NCBI GenBank assembly: GCA_963850305.1
Contig: CAWKKR010000006.1
Location: 192,001-256,000, forward strand
DNA: 64,000 nt
Direction of reading: 5' to 3'
Origin: an uncultured delta proteobacterium
Lineage (GTDB): Bacteria; Myxococcota_A; Polyangia; Polyangiales; Polyangiaceae
Shown: positions 10,459-21,021 of the stretch, piece by piece
How positions within the stretch are numbered: the first letter of the stretch is position 1
Layout of the letters: each line of letters starts with the position of its first letter
Notes under the pieces: generated by a model
Databases searched by the model: none
Seen by the model: only the letters and a program-made list of their open reading frames with translations
Told to the model about the DNA's origin: nothing
Made by a program: the position numbers and the translations under genes

Positions 10459-10641
10459 GGGCTTTGGACCCCATCCGCTAGCACAGTCCTCCGGGATGCG
10501 GGAGAAAGTGGCGATTTGGTTTGATTGAGGGGCGCCACGAGGGGACGGGCGCGACCTCGCGACGGGAGGGCGGCTGGGAGGTTGCGTGGGGCGGCGCGAG
10601 GAGGCGGGGCAGCCGCGCAGGCGCGGCGCGGGGACGGGAGG

Positions 10642-11496
10642 TCAGTTCGGGTACGGATGCGCGGCCCATCCGGACTGCTGGGAGTAGAGCGTGTAGGTCG
10701 TGAGAACCGCGTCGTCGTACGTGGTGTTGTACACGGTGCAGCTCTTCGTGCTGCCGTAGGAGTTGTAGTCGCCGATTGCCATCAGCGTGTACTCGTCCTC
10801 CGTGCACCCGGAGAACTTCTGCTTCTCCTGCTTCCGGTTGTCGGATATCCCGTACACGCCGACGTCGATGTTGATCGCGGGGTTGTAGGTGGACGTCGCC
10901 CACTCCGGGGAGGTCGAAGCCGTCGTGAGGTTCGGGTGCCCGTTCGAGAGCAGCCCTTCCTTGTTTGCGCCGAGGCATGCGGGAACGATCTGCATGAGGC
11001 CGTAACAATAGGACTCGGCCTGTGTCCAGCCGGCGGGCGTTCCACAAGGAAGATTCGGGCACGCGACCGCATCCACGGCGAACCGCGACTCGGTGTGGAT
11101 GATCGCCTTGAAGATCATCGCGTCAGGCTCCCCGTACTTCTTGGTCGAGGCGAGGATGTCGCAGTCGAACGCGTCGCTGCCGTCGGGCGGTGTGTCGCCC
11201 GTGCGCAGCGGGTCGGTCCCGCACGAGCCCGCGTCCTCCGCGCCCGCACCGCCCGAGCCCGTCGCTGCGCCGCCGCTGCCCTTGCCGCCCGAGCCGCTGG
11301 ACGCGCTCCCGCCGGCGGCCTTGCCGCCCGAGCCCATCGATGCGCTCCCGCCGGTCCCGGCTCCGGCACCGCCAGTGGCGGCGTCCGCGTTCGCGTCGTG
11401 GGTCGCGTGTCCGCCGCCACCGCACGCGATGGAGAGAGACGCGCAGGCGGCAGCGAGCCGCGCGCCGCGCACCAGGAACGACTTTCCCGAGCCCAT
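10642..11496 (-). CDS. Lytic transglycosylase/lysozyme-like lipoprotein
   Basis: Lipobox, Gly/Ser linker, KAIIHTESRF, GLMQI, NI..G, YN. Confidence 0.7.
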   Translation of the reverse strand: MGSGKSFLVRGARLAAACASLSIACGGGGHATHDANADAATGGAGAGTGGSASMGSGGKAAGGSASSGSGGKGSGGAATGSGGAGAEDAGSCGTDPLRTGDTPPDGSDAFDCDILASTKKYGEPDAMIFKAIIHTESRFAVDAVACPNLPCGTPAGWTQAESYCYGLMQIVPACLGANKEGLLSNGHPNLTTASTSPEWATSTYNPAINIDVGVYGISDNRKQEKQKFSGCTEDEYTLMAIGDYNSYGSTKSCTVYNTTYDDAVLTTYTLYSQQSGWAAHPYPN

Positions 11497-11604
11497 GCCG
11501 TAGAGCGTCGTTCGATCCGGCCCGGCGATGCAACTCCGAGTTGTTTTCCCTCGTGGAATCGACGGCGTCGAAGCGCATCAGGTCCAGATCCGCCGAAATT
11601 GCCC

Positions 11605-12208
11605 CGTGAGCGGCTCGAGGCTCCCTGTGAGGGGCGCTTCTCCGGCCGTGAGCGGTCGATCACCCCGCAAACGAAGCCGTTCCTTCGTCGTGAGCGGCGG
11701 ATCACCCCACGCGTGAAGCGGTTCCTTCGTCGTAAGCGACGCTTCACCCCGCGTGAGCGGCGCATTGCTCGTCGTGAGCGGTCGATCACCCCGCGTGAGC
11801 GGCGCATTGCTCGTCGTGAGCGGTCGATCACCCCGCGTGAGCGGCGCATTGCTCGTCGTGAGCGGTCGATCACCCCGCGTGAGCGGCGCATTGCTCGTCG
11901 TGAGCGGTCGATCACCCCACGCGCGAAGCCGTTCCTTCATCGTGAGCGACGCTTCACCCCGCGTGAGCGGCGCGTCGCTCGTCGTGAGCGGCGGATCACC
12001 CCGCGAAGGAAGCGGTTCGTGCGACGTGAGCGACGGTTCACCCCGCGAGCGAAGCGGCTCGTACGACGTGAGCGGCGCTTCACCCCGCGTGAGCGGCGCA
12101 TTGCTCGTCGTGAGCGGCGCTTCACCCCGCGAGCGAAGCGGCTCGTGCGACGTGAGCGGCGCTTCACTCCACGCGCGAAGCGGTTCGTGCGACGTGAGCG
12201 GCGGTTCG
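11605..12208. repeat. Tandem array of 21-bp units with a 42-bp higher-order unit
   Basis: GTGAGCGGCGCATTGCTCGTCGTGAGCGGTCGATCACCCCGC at 11753, 11795, 11837 and 11879 (last with one mismatch); degenerate flanks. Confidence 0.95.
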
Positions 12209-12299
12209 CTATCCGAGATGTCCGTCGTCCACCGCGATCATTCTCGATGGCGCCGCCGATCCGAACCTCCCTTACGGTCCGGACGCCCCTCGTCAGCCC

Positions 12300-12649
12300 C
12301 ACTCTCGATCGGTGACCGGTCGAGCGCGTCTCCGGCGGGCGATGTCGGGGCCGGTTGCGGGCGCGGGAATCGGTTCCGGGGGCGGAGCCGGGCGGAGCGG
12401 GAGCGGGACCGCCGGAGGCGGTTCTCCCGTCCCCCCCGCTGCGCCTGCGCGCCTGCATCTCGCCACGAGGCCCGCAGCCTGGCCCGGCGGCGGCAACCGA
12501 CTCTCGCCGCGCCCGTCACTCCGGTGCGTCCCCCCAAATCTGTCAGCGCTGCGAATTTGTGCGCGTTTCCGCTCCCCATCCCGAACCCGTCTCTTCTTCC
12601 GGCTCCGCTCCCGCGCCCGTCCCCGCAACCGGCCCGACTTCCAATCGAG
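12300..12649. repeat. Dispersed self-complementary element, empty copy
   Basis: Homologous to 23295-23415 plus 24308-24536; nested inverted repeats. Confidence 0.85.
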
Positions 12650-12669
12650 GCTGTCGCCAGCCCCGGCGG

Positions 12670-14098
12670 CTACCCGAGCTTTCGCAGCGTGAGCGCGGCG
12701 CGTCGCGCCGTTGCTCTTCGGTCGAGCTTGCCGGCCGGCGTCGTCTCGAATGCGTTGATCAGCGCGACGAGCCGCGGTCGCCGGTGCTGCGCGAGATGCT
12801 CGCGCACGAAGCGAAGGAGGTCTCCGTCCGCAGGAGCTCCGCTTTCACCGGGGACGAGCGCGACGGCCACGAGCTCGCCCCACGTGTCGTCGGGGACGCC
12901 GAAGATGCACGCGGCGTCGACTCCGGGGCAGCGCTCGAGAATGGCTTCGACCTCCGCGGGATACACGTTCTCGCCGCCCGTGACGATCAGGTCCGAGCGG
13001 CGGCCGAGGACATGCAAGTGCCCGACTTCGTCGAGGCGTCCGAGATCGTCGGTGTGAAACCAACCGTCGTCATCGAGCACCGAGCCGACGCCCGCCGGCA
13101 CGAGGGCGCTGAGCAAGGTCGGACCACGGACCTGAATGGCGCCTTCGACGATTCGCACCTCCGTGCCGAACATCGGAGCGCCTGCGCCGCGCTCGCCGCG
13201 GTTCACGGTTCCCGCCGGCTGCGTCGTGACCTGCGAGCACGCTTCGGTGAGGCCGTATGTCGTGAGCACGGGGAGCCCACGCTCCGCGGCGCGCTCGAGG
13301 AGGGACGGGCGCGCCGCTGCCCCGCCAAGCAGGACGGCACGGAGAAAGGGAGGCGGCGACCATCCCGGCTCGGCGAGCAGCCACTCGAGCTGCGTCGGAA
13401 CGAGCGAGACGAGCGTGGTGCGCGTCGCTTCGATGGACGCGATCAGGCTCGTCGCGTCGAGCCGGCGCCCCTCGGCGACCGCGTCCGGCACCACGACGGT
13501 TTTCCGCGCGAGCAGACAGCGCGTGAGAATGGACAGCCCGCCCACGTGCGCGATGGGCAAGCCGAGGAGCCAGCGATCGTCGTCGCGGAAGCCGAGATTC
13601 GCTTCGCTCGCGCGCGCCGAAGCGACAAACGCGCGCCGGCTGAGGGCGATACCCTTGGGGCTTCCGGTCGTGCCGGACGTGAAGAGCACGGCGAGCCAGC
13701 GCTCGGGATCCATCGCGCTGCTCGGGACCGGTGCTGTGGCGTTCGGTGACCACCGCGTCCGCCGCGGCTTCCGTTGCGGTCGCTTCATCGACGTAGAGCG
13801 ACGGCTGAACGACCTCGGCCGTCGCGCGGCGTTCGGTCTCGGTGAGCCGCGGATGGACGAGTGCCTGGGGTTGCCCGAGCTCCATCAGCGCATAGACGAG
13901 CTCGAGCGCCGGCAAGCGACTCGTCCCCGCGAGGGCAACCGGGCGCGCGTCATGCCCATCCACGCCTCGCTCTCGAAGCCACGCGATCCGGCGAGCCACG
14001 CTGGCCCCGAGCTCTGCGAACGTGATCTGCCGCTCACCGACGATCAGCGCGATCTGGTCTGGCGCGTCGCGCGCGGCGTCGAGGACGGAGAGCGTCAT
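12670..14098 (-). CDS. menE: o-succinylbenzoate-CoA ligase (frameshift about 13700-13780)
   Basis: FTSGTTGSPKG, TYGLTE, GGENVYPAEVE; N-terminus MTLSVLDAA lies in another frame; men context. Confidence 0.85.
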
Positions 14099-15213
14099 GG
14101 GTGGGGCAACGGGGCGAGTCCCAGTCCGGGACGTGAGGGCGCGATGATTCTGGCCCCGTTCATCATCGGGAGTTCGACCTCGGGCCAGGCCGCAAGTCCC
14201 GCGTGTCGCGCGAGACCGCTCGCGCGGGTCCGTGACGCCACGGCGAACGCGAGATGCGCGGACGCCGCCAGCGCGACGGGGCCGTCGAAGAGATGCGAGA
14301 CGGTGACGTCGATGCCGCGCTCTCGCGCGTCCAGGGCCAGGCGCAGGCACGTGGAGAGTCCGAGGAACATGGGCTTGAGCACGAGCGCGACGCAGTGAAG
14401 TTCGCTGGCGCGGGCCATGAACTCGGCGGCATGGTCGCGCAGCGACTCGTCGAGGGCAATCGTGATGGGCGGGCTCGCGAACGTCCCGAGCGCCTCCGGC
14501 GGCACCGGCTCCTCGATGAACTCGGGCGCGAGCGGCACGAGTCTCGAGAGCTCCGCCTCCGCGGTTCGCGGCTCGAGGCTGCCGTTCGCGTCGAGGCGCA
14601 GCGCAGCGTCGCCGATGACATTGCGAACGCGGCCGAGCACGTCGAGCTGCGCGCCGAGCAACGGACCCTCGACCTTGACCTTGAGGGTGCGAAACCCCTG
14701 GTCAAGCCCTTCGCGCGCGCGCTGGACGACGCTCTCGTCCTTCGCACTGCCGACGTACGCCGACAGCGACACGGGCGCGCCCGCGAGCGACGCGCCGGGA
14801 TCGAGCAGCGAGCAGACCGGCGCACTCAGCCGCTGACCGAGCAGATCGAACCAGGCCGTCTCCGCGGCGAACCGCGCCGCGCAAGGCACCCCAAACAAAC
14901 GATCCGCGAGGTCCCGCAGCGTTTCTTCGTTCGATGAGCCGGGCTCGGGGAGGGAGGACCAGTCCAGAGTCGAGAGCGCGCGGGCGCATTGCTCGAACGT
15001 CTCCCGAGAATAACCGGGGAGGGGAGAAGCTTCGCCCTGTCCGATGTGTCCATCCGGGGTGACGATTTGCAAGAGCAGTCCGCGCCGCTCGGTGGTGTCG
15101 CGAGCGCCCGCACGGGCGCCCGGCGTCGGTCCGGAGTATTCGAAGACGTGGATGCGGCTGAGACGCACTGAGACACCGATGTCGGCGGACCAGGTGGGCA
15201 GGCCATCAGGCAA
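14095..15213 (-). CDS. menC: o-succinylbenzoate synthase (start possibly GTG 15168)
   Basis: GEASPLPGYS.E, KVKV, LRLDAN, EEP, ALDESL, LKP. Confidence 0.85.
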   Translation of the reverse strand: MPDGLPTWSADIGVSVRLSRIHVFEYSGPTPGARAGARDTTERRGLLLQIVTPDGHIGQGEASPLPGYSRETFEQCARALSTLDWSSLPEPGSSNEETLRDLADRLFGVPCAARFAAETAWFDLLGQRLSAPVCSLLDPGASLAGAPVSLSAYVGSAKDESVVQRAREGLDQGFRTLKVKVEGPLLGAQLDVLGRVRNVIGDAALRLDANGSLEPRTAEAELSRLVPLAPEFIEEPVPPEALGTFASPPITIALDESLRDHAAEFMARASELHCVALVLKPMFLGLSTCLRLALDARERGIDVTVSHLFDGPVALAASAHLAFAVASRTRASGLARHAGLAAWPEVELPMMNGARIIAPSRPGLGLAPLPHP

Positions 15214-15352
15214 TCATGTCGCGAGGTTGGCCCTCGATATCAGATTGCCAGAGACCACATGGTTAGTCGATAGTACGTGTGGAGCAGAAGGGGCATGATG
15301 CGAACGGCGGCTGACCTTTCCCCACCCGGCGAGGAGAACTGCGATGAGAATT

Positions 15353-16991
15353 GGGTGCAGTTCCCGATCTGCTGACGAAAAACAAAGCGAGATCGATCGG
15401 TTACGACGTGTAGGTTGAAAGAAGGGGCTCATTCGCGGCAGATATCCGGTTGCGAAACAAGAACACCAACCGGAAGGAGCCCCATGGCGACGACTATCGA
15501 GCGCGCCGGACGAGATGTCCAGAGCGCGATCGAGCGCGTTCGTAGATGCGCGGAATCGAAGGACACGACGACACTTGCTGCGGTCGAGCGAGAGCTTTGG
15601 ACGGCGCTGCTTCACCTCGGGCGTGCGGTTATGGCCCTGTTTCTCGTGCGATACGCTGCCCGTCCGCGACCCTTGACCTACGAGCACGACGGCGGGCGAT
15701 TCGCGCTCGACACGGACACGCGGCGTCGGAGCGAGATTGGCACGCGGTTCGGCAAGGTCGCGTTCGTACGAGCCGTCGGGCGCCCGATCGGCGGTCGTCG
15801 TCGTACTGACCTTCCCATCGATCGCGAGCTCGGCGTGTGCTCTGGCTTCAGCCTCGGGACGGTGACGGCGGTCGTACAGCTCTGCGCGCTGATGGCGTTC
15901 GGGACGGCGCGTCGCCTGTTCGCTGAGTTTCACGAGTGGGCACCGAGCTCGCGTTCGACGCTGCGCATGGTCGACGCTGTCGGCGCCGAAGCTCGCGGCT
16001 TTCTCGACGCGGACGCTGCGCCCGATGACGACGGAGAAGTCCTCGTGATCCAGGTCGACGGTCGCGGCGCACCGATGATCTCCGCGACGGAGCACGCGCG
16101 ACGCTGTCAGCGGCGACGGAAGACGAAGGGAACGAAACGACACGGTCGCCGTCTGCGTCGACGCGAACATCCGAGGCCGCGCCGCAAGAAGGGTGACAAG
16201 AGCAAGAACGCCAAAGTTGCTTTCGTCGGCGTGATCTACACTCTCCGGGCGACGCGCCACGGATGGGAGGGACCCATCAACAAGCGCCTCATCGCGACCT
16301 TCGAAAGCCACGAGGCGCTCTTTCGCTGGCTCGCCGTACACGCCGAGCGTCGCGGTTACGGTCGCAAGCGCTGCTTCTTTCTCGCCGACGGCTCCGATCA
16401 CATCTGGAGAAACCAGCAGATCTATTTCCCGAAGGCTGTGGCGTGCATCGACTGGTACCACGTCGCCGAAAAGCTCTGGGAGGCTGGAGGTTGTCTCCAT
16501 CCGGAGGGCAGCGCGCCACTTCGGCAGTGGGTCACCGAGCAACTGGGCAAGCTGCGACGTGGCAAGGTCGCCGACGTGCTCGAAGACATGGCCACGGCGC
16601 ACAACGCGATCTCGAAGACCGGCCCCGGGAACAAGGGCCGTCGCAAGCGACTGCTCGCCATCCTCGAGTACCTCACGGCGCACGAGCAACGGATGCCGTA
16701 CGCGGCGCTGCGTCGCGACGACCTCGACATCGGCACCGGTGCGGTCGAGGGCGCCGTGCGCAACCTCGTCGGCCTCCGCCTCGATGGACCCGGCATGCGA
16801 TGGGGACGCGACCGCGCCGAGATGATCCTCCACCTCCGCTGCATCGTCCTCAACGAGCAGTGGGGTGACTTCTGTCGCCTCCTGGAACGCCGCACGCTCA
16901 AGCTTGCAGCGACGCCAATCCCTGCACGAACGCACGACGCGAAACCTCAGCAATCACGCGAGGCCGCGTGACGCAAAATGGGATCGCACCC
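15353..16991 (+). mobile_element. ISKra4/ISLre2-like insertion sequence, 1639 bp
   Basis: Imperfect TIRs GGGTGCAGTTCCC / GGGATCGCACCC; 9-bp direct repeat ATGAGAATT at 15344-15352 and 16992-17000. Confidence 0.9.
15484..16971 (+). CDS. Mutator-like DDE transposase (ISKra4-like)
   Basis: QVDG, LADG, IDWYH, IGTGAVEGA, GMRW. Confidence 0.9.
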   Translation: MATTIERAGRDVQSAIERVRRCAESKDTTTLAAVERELWTALLHLGRAVMALFLVRYAARPRPLTYEHDGGRFALDTDTRRRSEIGTRFGKVAFVRAVGRPIGGRRRTDLPIDRELGVCSGFSLGTVTAVVQLCALMAFGTARRLFAEFHEWAPSSRSTLRMVDAVGAEARGFLDADAAPDDDGEVLVIQVDGRGAPMISATEHARRCQRRRKTKGTKRHGRRLRRREHPRPRRKKGDKSKNAKVAFVGVIYTLRATRHGWEGPINKRLIATFESHEALFRWLAVHAERRGYGRKRCFFLADGSDHIWRNQQIYFPKAVACIDWYHVAEKLWEAGGCLHPEGSAPLRQWVTEQLGKLRRGKVADVLEDMATAHNAISKTGPGNKGRRKRLLAILEYLTAHEQRMPYAALRRDDLDIGTGAVEGAVRNLVGLRLDGPGMRWGRDRAEMILHLRCIVLNEQWGDFCRLLERRTLKLAATPIPARTHDAKPQQSREAA

Positions 16992-17554
16992 ATGAGAATT
17001 CGAATCATATGGGGGGGCGCTCTCGTGTTCGGCGCGGCGATCGCGTGCACCACGAAGAACGCCACGGACGCTACCCGCTCCCCGACGGTCGAGTCGGAAG
17101 CGAGCGTCGCGGACGGCTCTGCCGGGCAGTGCACGCAGGTCGCGGGGGGCGCTTCTGTCTGCAAGGGACTCTGGTTCCCAGTACGGGCGCGCCAGGCGAC
17201 GACGCAGAAGACTTTAGCTTCCAGGTTGGGGACCCTGTCGTCGTGGACGTGGTGCCAGCGGGATGCCACGACGGTGCCTGCACGGAGACGCCGCGGAAGT
17301 CTTGCAGCGTCTCGGGTTCAGCGGGGAGCTACGTCGTCACACCGGACTTCTGCCTGCGGGATATCACCGCAGAGCGCCAGGCCACGCTGGGCTGTGATGA
17401 GACATGCGACGGCATCACGGCCGAGTGTCGGGCGGACGCGACGCTCGTCGCCGGGCAAAATACCGTCACCATGGGCGGCGCGACGTTCACCTTCACCGTG
17501 CCCGGGACGATGCCGCAGGATTCGGCATGCGCCGGGGCAGGCGACGCTTACTGA
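16992..17554 (+). CDS. Cys-rich lipoprotein (frameshift at G-run near 17145; separated from its RBS by the IS)
   Basis: MRIRIIWGGALVFGAAIAC signal; Cys-rich continuation in the shifted frame. Confidence 0.6.
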
Positions 17555-17558
17555 ATCG

Positions 17559-18470
17559 TCACCGACGTCCGATGGCGATTCCGATCGCGAAGAGTACGGC
17601 GTGGACGAACAGCAGTCGTGCCGTGCCGACGAGCGAGGCGTTGAGAGCGCGGCCGGAGTCCGTCATCACGCGGCGGGTGAGACGGACACCGATGGGCGCC
17701 GACGCGAGCGGCAAGAGCACCCAGGGCGACGCGGCGCGCGTGGCTGCGAGGAACACGGGAACGAGATACGCGGCCGCGACGAGCCCGGCGTATTCGATGA
17801 GCCCGGCGGTTCTGCCGAACCTCACGGGGAGCGTTCGCTTGCCGGCCTTCACGTCCGTCTCGCGATCGCGGACGTTGTTGACGACGAGGATCGCAGTGGC
17901 GAGCGCGCCCACCGGGATCGCGGCGAACCACGCGAGCGCGGGCACCGAGCCGAGTTGCACGAACGCCGTGCCGGCGACCGCGACGAAGCCGAAGAACAGC
18001 AGGACGAACACGTCGCCGAGACCGTGGTACCCGAGCGGATACGGTCCGCCGGTGTATGCGATTGCCGCCGCGATGGACGAAAGGCCAATCGCGATGACGA
18101 CGGGTCCCGCGACGATCGTCAGATAGATGCCGACTGCGAACGCCGCGCCGAACGCGACGGCCATTCCACAACGAAGCGCGCGTGGCGACAGGAGCCCTGC
18201 CTGGGCCGCGCGCACGGGCCCGAGGCGTTCTTCCGTGTCGGCGCCCTTCTCGAAGTCGAAGACGTCGTTCGCGAGGTTCGAGCCAATCTGCAGGAACATC
18301 GCGCCGGCAAGCGCCGCAAGGGCAGGACCCGCGCGGAACCCGTTCACGGCGTACGCGCACGCCGAGCCGACGGCGACCGGCGACACCGCTGCCGTCAACG
18401 TCGGTGGCCGGCACGCGAGCACCCAGGCACGTGCAGAGCCGGGCTTCGGCGAAGACACGGCCTCGCTCAC
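17559..18470 (-). CDS. menA: DHNA polyprenyltransferase
   Basis: [43 protein letters not shown]. Confidence 0.95.
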   Translation of the reverse strand: MSEAVSSPKPGSARAWVLACRPPTLTAAVSPVAVGSACAYAVNGFRAGPALAALAGAMFLQIGSNLANDVFDFEKGADTEERLGPVRAAQAGLLSPRALRCGMAVAFGAAFAVGIYLTIVAGPVVIAIGLSSIAAAIAYTGGPYPLGYHGLGDVFVLLFFGFVAVAGTAFVQLGSVPALAWFAAIPVGALATAILVVNNVRDRETDVKAGKRTLPVRFGRTAGLIEYAGLVAAAYLVPVFLAATRAASPWVLLPLASAPIGVRLTRRVMTDSGRALNASLVGTARLLFVHAVLFAIGIAIGRR

Positions 18471-19219
18471 CGGCCGTCTCCCGGGTGCTGCGCGATGCAC
18501 CGAGACACGATGTCGGGCCGTTCGAGCACGACGTTGTGTCCGGCACCGGCGACGGATTCGACGCACGCATGGGCAAGATGTCGACTCATCTCCGCCGCGA
18601 GTGCGGAGAACTTCGCATCGCGCTCGCCGACGACCAGGGTGACCGGAATCGCGATCCGCGAGAGCACGTCCCAGTACGACGGCATGACGCCGAGCCCGGT
18701 GACGCGCAGAGACCGCGCGAGCTCGAGCGGATCGTGTGCAAGACGCTCCGCTCGCTGACGTTCGAGGACGTCGGGGGCGAGCGCGGACTGCGTTGCGAAG
18801 AGCGGCAGCGCTTGCCATTCGTCGACGAACGCCGCGACGCCGCGCTCTTCGAGCACACGACAGAGCCGTTCGTCGGCCTCGCGCCGTTCTGCGCGTTCGG
18901 TCTCCGTCCGAAGACCGGGTTGCGCGCCGACGAGGGTCGCGCTCGCGAAGAGCGTGGGATGACGGACGAGAAGCCCGAGCGCGACGCGGCCGCCGAGCGA
19001 GTACCCGGCGAGATGCCATCGCGGCGCTTCTGCGCGGAAGAGTGCCGCCAGACGATCCACCTCTTGCTCGAAGCTCGTGCTCTCGGGCGATTTATTGGGG
19101 GCGCCATGTCCGACGAGCGGCGGCGCGGAGACGACTCTGGCGCCGAGACGGCTCACCACGCCGTCGAAGCTGTGCGGGCTCCCGGTGAACCCATGCAAGA
19201 CAGCGACGGGCAGCGTCAC
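18467..19219 (-). CDS. menH: SHCHC synthase
   Basis: LHGFTGS, GYSLGGR, GERD.KF, GHN. Confidence 0.9.
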   Translation of the reverse strand: MTLPVAVLHGFTGSPHSFDGVVSRLGARVVSAPPLVGHGAPNKSPESTSFEQEVDRLAALFRAEAPRWHLAGYSLGGRVALGLLVRHPTLFASATLVGAQPGLRTETERAERREADERLCRVLEERGVAAFVDEWQALPLFATQSALAPDVLERQRAERLAHDPLELARSLRVTGLGVMPSYWDVLSRIAIPVTLVVGERDAKFSALAAEMSRHLAHACVESVAGAGHNVVLERPDIVSRCIAQHPGDGR

Positions 19220-21021
19220 GGAAAAGCCTCGGATTCGAGCACGGGTCTCACCGCGGCATCGACGGCGCTCGCGACTCGCGCCGCTTGAGCCCGGGCTCCC
19301 TGCGGCGGCACGACGAGCTCCACAATCGTGCACGCGGGACGCGCCAGGGCTTTCGCGAGTGCATCCTCCAGCGACGCGACCGTCGTGGCGCGTGCGTACG
19401 CGAGGCCGAAGAGCGCGGCCACGCCGTCGAAATGACGTCCATGCGGCGTGGTCCAGAACCGAAATTCGGGCTCACCCGCATCGGCAAGGGGGAGCTGCTC
19501 GAAGATCCGACCCCCGTCATTGTTCAAGATCACGACGACGAACGGAACGTCGATCGGAGTGGCTGCCGCGAACCCGCCGAGGTCGTGCAGCGCGGAGACG
19601 TCGCCGAGCAACAGCACCGTGGGGCGTCCCGCCGCGCGCGCGCTGCCCGCCGCGCCGGCGACGAGGCCGTCGATGCCGCTGGCCCCGCGCTGAGAACAAA
19701 CTCCGAGGCGCGCCGAGGGATGCGCGCGACAGAAGCAGTCCACGTGGCGCACCGGCAAGCTGTTGCCCACGACGAACACGGACGCTTCGGGCAACGCCTC
19801 GACGACGGTGCGCGCCGCGGCTCCTTCGGAAAGCGCCGGCTCGGACTCCACCACGCGCGTCACGGCTTCCCATGCGGCTTCGTTCACCTGGGACAACACT
19901 CTGCTCCAGGTTCCAGCAGCCCGTGTCGAGCGCGACGGCGTCAGCGACGCCACGAGCCGTTCGAGCGTCGTACCGACGTCACCGTGGACGATCGAGCGCG
20001 CGCTACCGAGCGGATCGGGCCAGCCGTGCGTGGAGATCACGTGGCGGGCCACGTCGCGGTGTCCGCCGAGCCAGCGTTCCCACGCTCCGGACGTGGGAGG
20101 TTCTCCGAGCTGGAGCACGACGCGCGGGTGAAACCGCTCGCGAAACGTCGGCGAGCGGAGCAAGACGTCCAGGCCGTCCAGCACCAGTTCGCGCGACAAG
20201 GAAGCGCCGTCGAACCGAAGCTGGCTCGTCGCTTCCGCGTACACGGGATACCCGGTCGCGCGCGCAAGCGCTGCGACACGCTCGCTCCGCGCGGCTCCTC
20301 CGAACGGCGCGGGCCCACACACGATGATGCCGCGTTCCTCGCGAGCGCAATCCTGCAGCGCTGGCGCAAGAGCGGGGTCCGTCGGAACGCACAGCGGCGG
20401 CACCGCGCGAGTCGCGGGCTCGCGAAGCAACGCGTCCACTCGTCGCGCCAGATCGAGCTCGTCGGAGCTCATCGCCCTCGTCGGCTCGAGCGGCTTCCGG
20501 GCGCGGATGTTCAGATGAACGGGGCCCGGCGCGGCGCCCAGGGTCTCGAAGAGGCTCTGGATCGCGCGGCGCCGGAGCCCGACGAGCGCGATGTCCGCGC
20601 CGTCGGGCATGCCGAGGTCCGCAAAACGACGGACGTACTCACCGTACAGCCGCGTCTGATCGATCGTCTGCGGCGCGCCGCAGTCCTGGAGCTCGAAGGG
20701 GCGGTCCGCGGTGAGCACGAGGAGCGGCGAGCGAGAAAGCGAGGCTTCCACGACCGCGGGGAAGTAGTTCGCCGCCGCCGATCCCGACGTGCACAGGACC
20801 GCGGCGGGACGGCCCGTGATGCGCGCGATGCCGAGCGCGTAGAAGGCCGCGGCGCGTTCGTCGACGATGGATTCGCACCGGATCCGCCGGCACGAGAGGA
20901 ACGCGGACGTGAACGGGGTGGAGCGCGATCCGGGGCTCACGACCACTTCGGTCAATCCCGCGTCGGCGAGGCTCTCCACGAGCAGGCGCGCCCACTCGGT
21001 CAGCAGGTTCGCGGCGCTCAT
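19216..21021 (-). CDS. menD: SEPHCHC synthase
   Basis: SPGSRSTP, DERAAAF, TSGSA, LTADRP, RGASGIDG, GD...HD. Confidence 0.95.
   Translation of the reverse strand: MSAANLLTEWARLLVESLADAGLTEVVVSPGSRSTPFTSAFLSCRRIRCESIVDERAAAFYALGIARITGRPAAVLCTSGSAAANYFPAVVEASLSRSPLLVLTADRPFELQDCGAPQTIDQTRLYGEYVRRFADLGMPDGADIALVGLRRRAIQSLFETLGAAPGPVHLNIRARKPLEPTRAMSSDELDLARRVDALLREPATRAVPPLCVPTDPALAPALQDCAREERGIIVCGPAPFGGAARSERVAALARATGYPVYAEATSQLRFDGASLSRELVLDGLDVLLRSPTFRERFHPRVVLQLGEPPTSGAWERWLGGHRDVARHVISTHGWPDPLGSARSIVHGDVGTTLERLVASLTPSRSTRAAGTWSRVLSQVNEAAWEAVTRVVESEPALSEGAAARTVVEALPEASVFVVGNSLPVRHVDCFCRAHPSARLGVCSQRGASGIDGLVAGAAGSARAAGRPTVLLLGDVSALHDLGGFAAATPIDVPFVVVILNNDGGRIFEQLPLADAGEPEFRFWTTPHGRHFDGVAALFGLAYARATTVASLEDALAKALARPACTIVELVVPPQGARAQAARVASAVDAAVRPVLESEAFP

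Noticed and set aside
11605..12208. Possible CRISPR array
   Set aside because: Units are contiguous with no unique spacers, and there are no cas genes
10525..12315. 596-aa Arg-rich ORF
   Set aside because: Antisense to the SLT gene and then simply reads through the tandem array
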